Source: Armatimonadota bacterium
GTDB taxonomy: Bacteria > Armatimonadota > UBA5829 > DTLH01
Direction of reading: 5' to 3'
DNA: 47,351 nucleotides
Assembly (NCBI GenBank): GCA_039679675.1
Contig: JBDKUN010000058.1
Span: 1 to 47,351, forward strand
The notes under the pieces were generated by a model that worked only from the letters and a program-made list of their open reading frames with translations, made no database searches and was not told where the DNA came from. This document shows, in pieces, positions 47,227-47,351 of the stretch; position 1 is the first letter of the stretch; every line of letters begins with the position of its first letter. The translations under genes and the position numbers were made by a program.

Positions 47227-47351
47227 GTCAGTAACCTCCGGCAGAGCCGGAGGCTTGTAATATGGGAACCGCTCAAAGCGGTTATCTGTTCGTCATTTAT
47301 GAGCCGCCCAAGGCGGCATCAGCACAACTTAAGTTGATCGATCCGTTTGTC
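47227..47351 (-). mobile_element. Right end of an IS200/IS605-family insertion sequence (runs off the window edge)
   Basis: Hairpins CCTCCGGC-AGA-GCCGGAGG, AACCGCTCAAAGCGGTT and GCCGCCCAAGGCGGC next to a TnpA-like C-terminus; exact end uncertain. Confidence 0.7.
47319..47351 (-). CDS. tnpA: C-terminal fragment of an IS200-type Y1 transposase (...DKRIDQLKLC*)
   Basis: Ending resembles the DKRLDQLKL tail of IS200 TnpA proteins; only 11 codons are visible. Confidence 0.6.
   Translation of the reverse strand, partial: DKRIDQLKLC

Noticed and set aside
1..47351. CRISPR array or cas genes
   Set aside because: No regularly spaced direct repeats or Cas motifs were seen.

Overview
Bacterial chromosomal window; the gene content suggests Armatimonadota, but that is an inference. 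It is mostly core and envelope genes. From left to right: hen1 RNA-repair methyltransferase (a pnkp partner may lie just off the left edge), a Spy/CpxP-like protein without a signal peptide, a BON-like protein, rqcH, tRNA-Arg(CCG), a PP2C phosphatase and MA-clan metallopeptidase, and a Nif3 / Gfo-Idh-MocA / TPR / Cys-rich protein run. A visibly AT-richer ~14 kb Wzx/Wzy polysaccharide locus follows (O-acyltransferase, wzy, wzx, GT2, gmhA, four GT4, a GH51-like lipoprotein, ugd). Next come an OmpR-family regulator with a sensor-less histidine kinase, a GT-C transferase, a NiCo (czcD)-type riboswitch upstream of a CDF transporter, mntP, and a large secreted GH-like protein. After tmRNA (tag GTNQYALAA) is a small AT-rich islet, then a flavodoxin-like protein, an M23 lipoprotein, Lhr helicase plus a DUF2161 nuclease-like gene, two acidic low-complexity proteins, DedA, GT4, queA, DUF2905 and rex with its own operator. 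The window ends in the right end of an IS200/IS605 element. No CRISPR array or prophage was seen. All family calls come from motif recognition by eye, not database searches.
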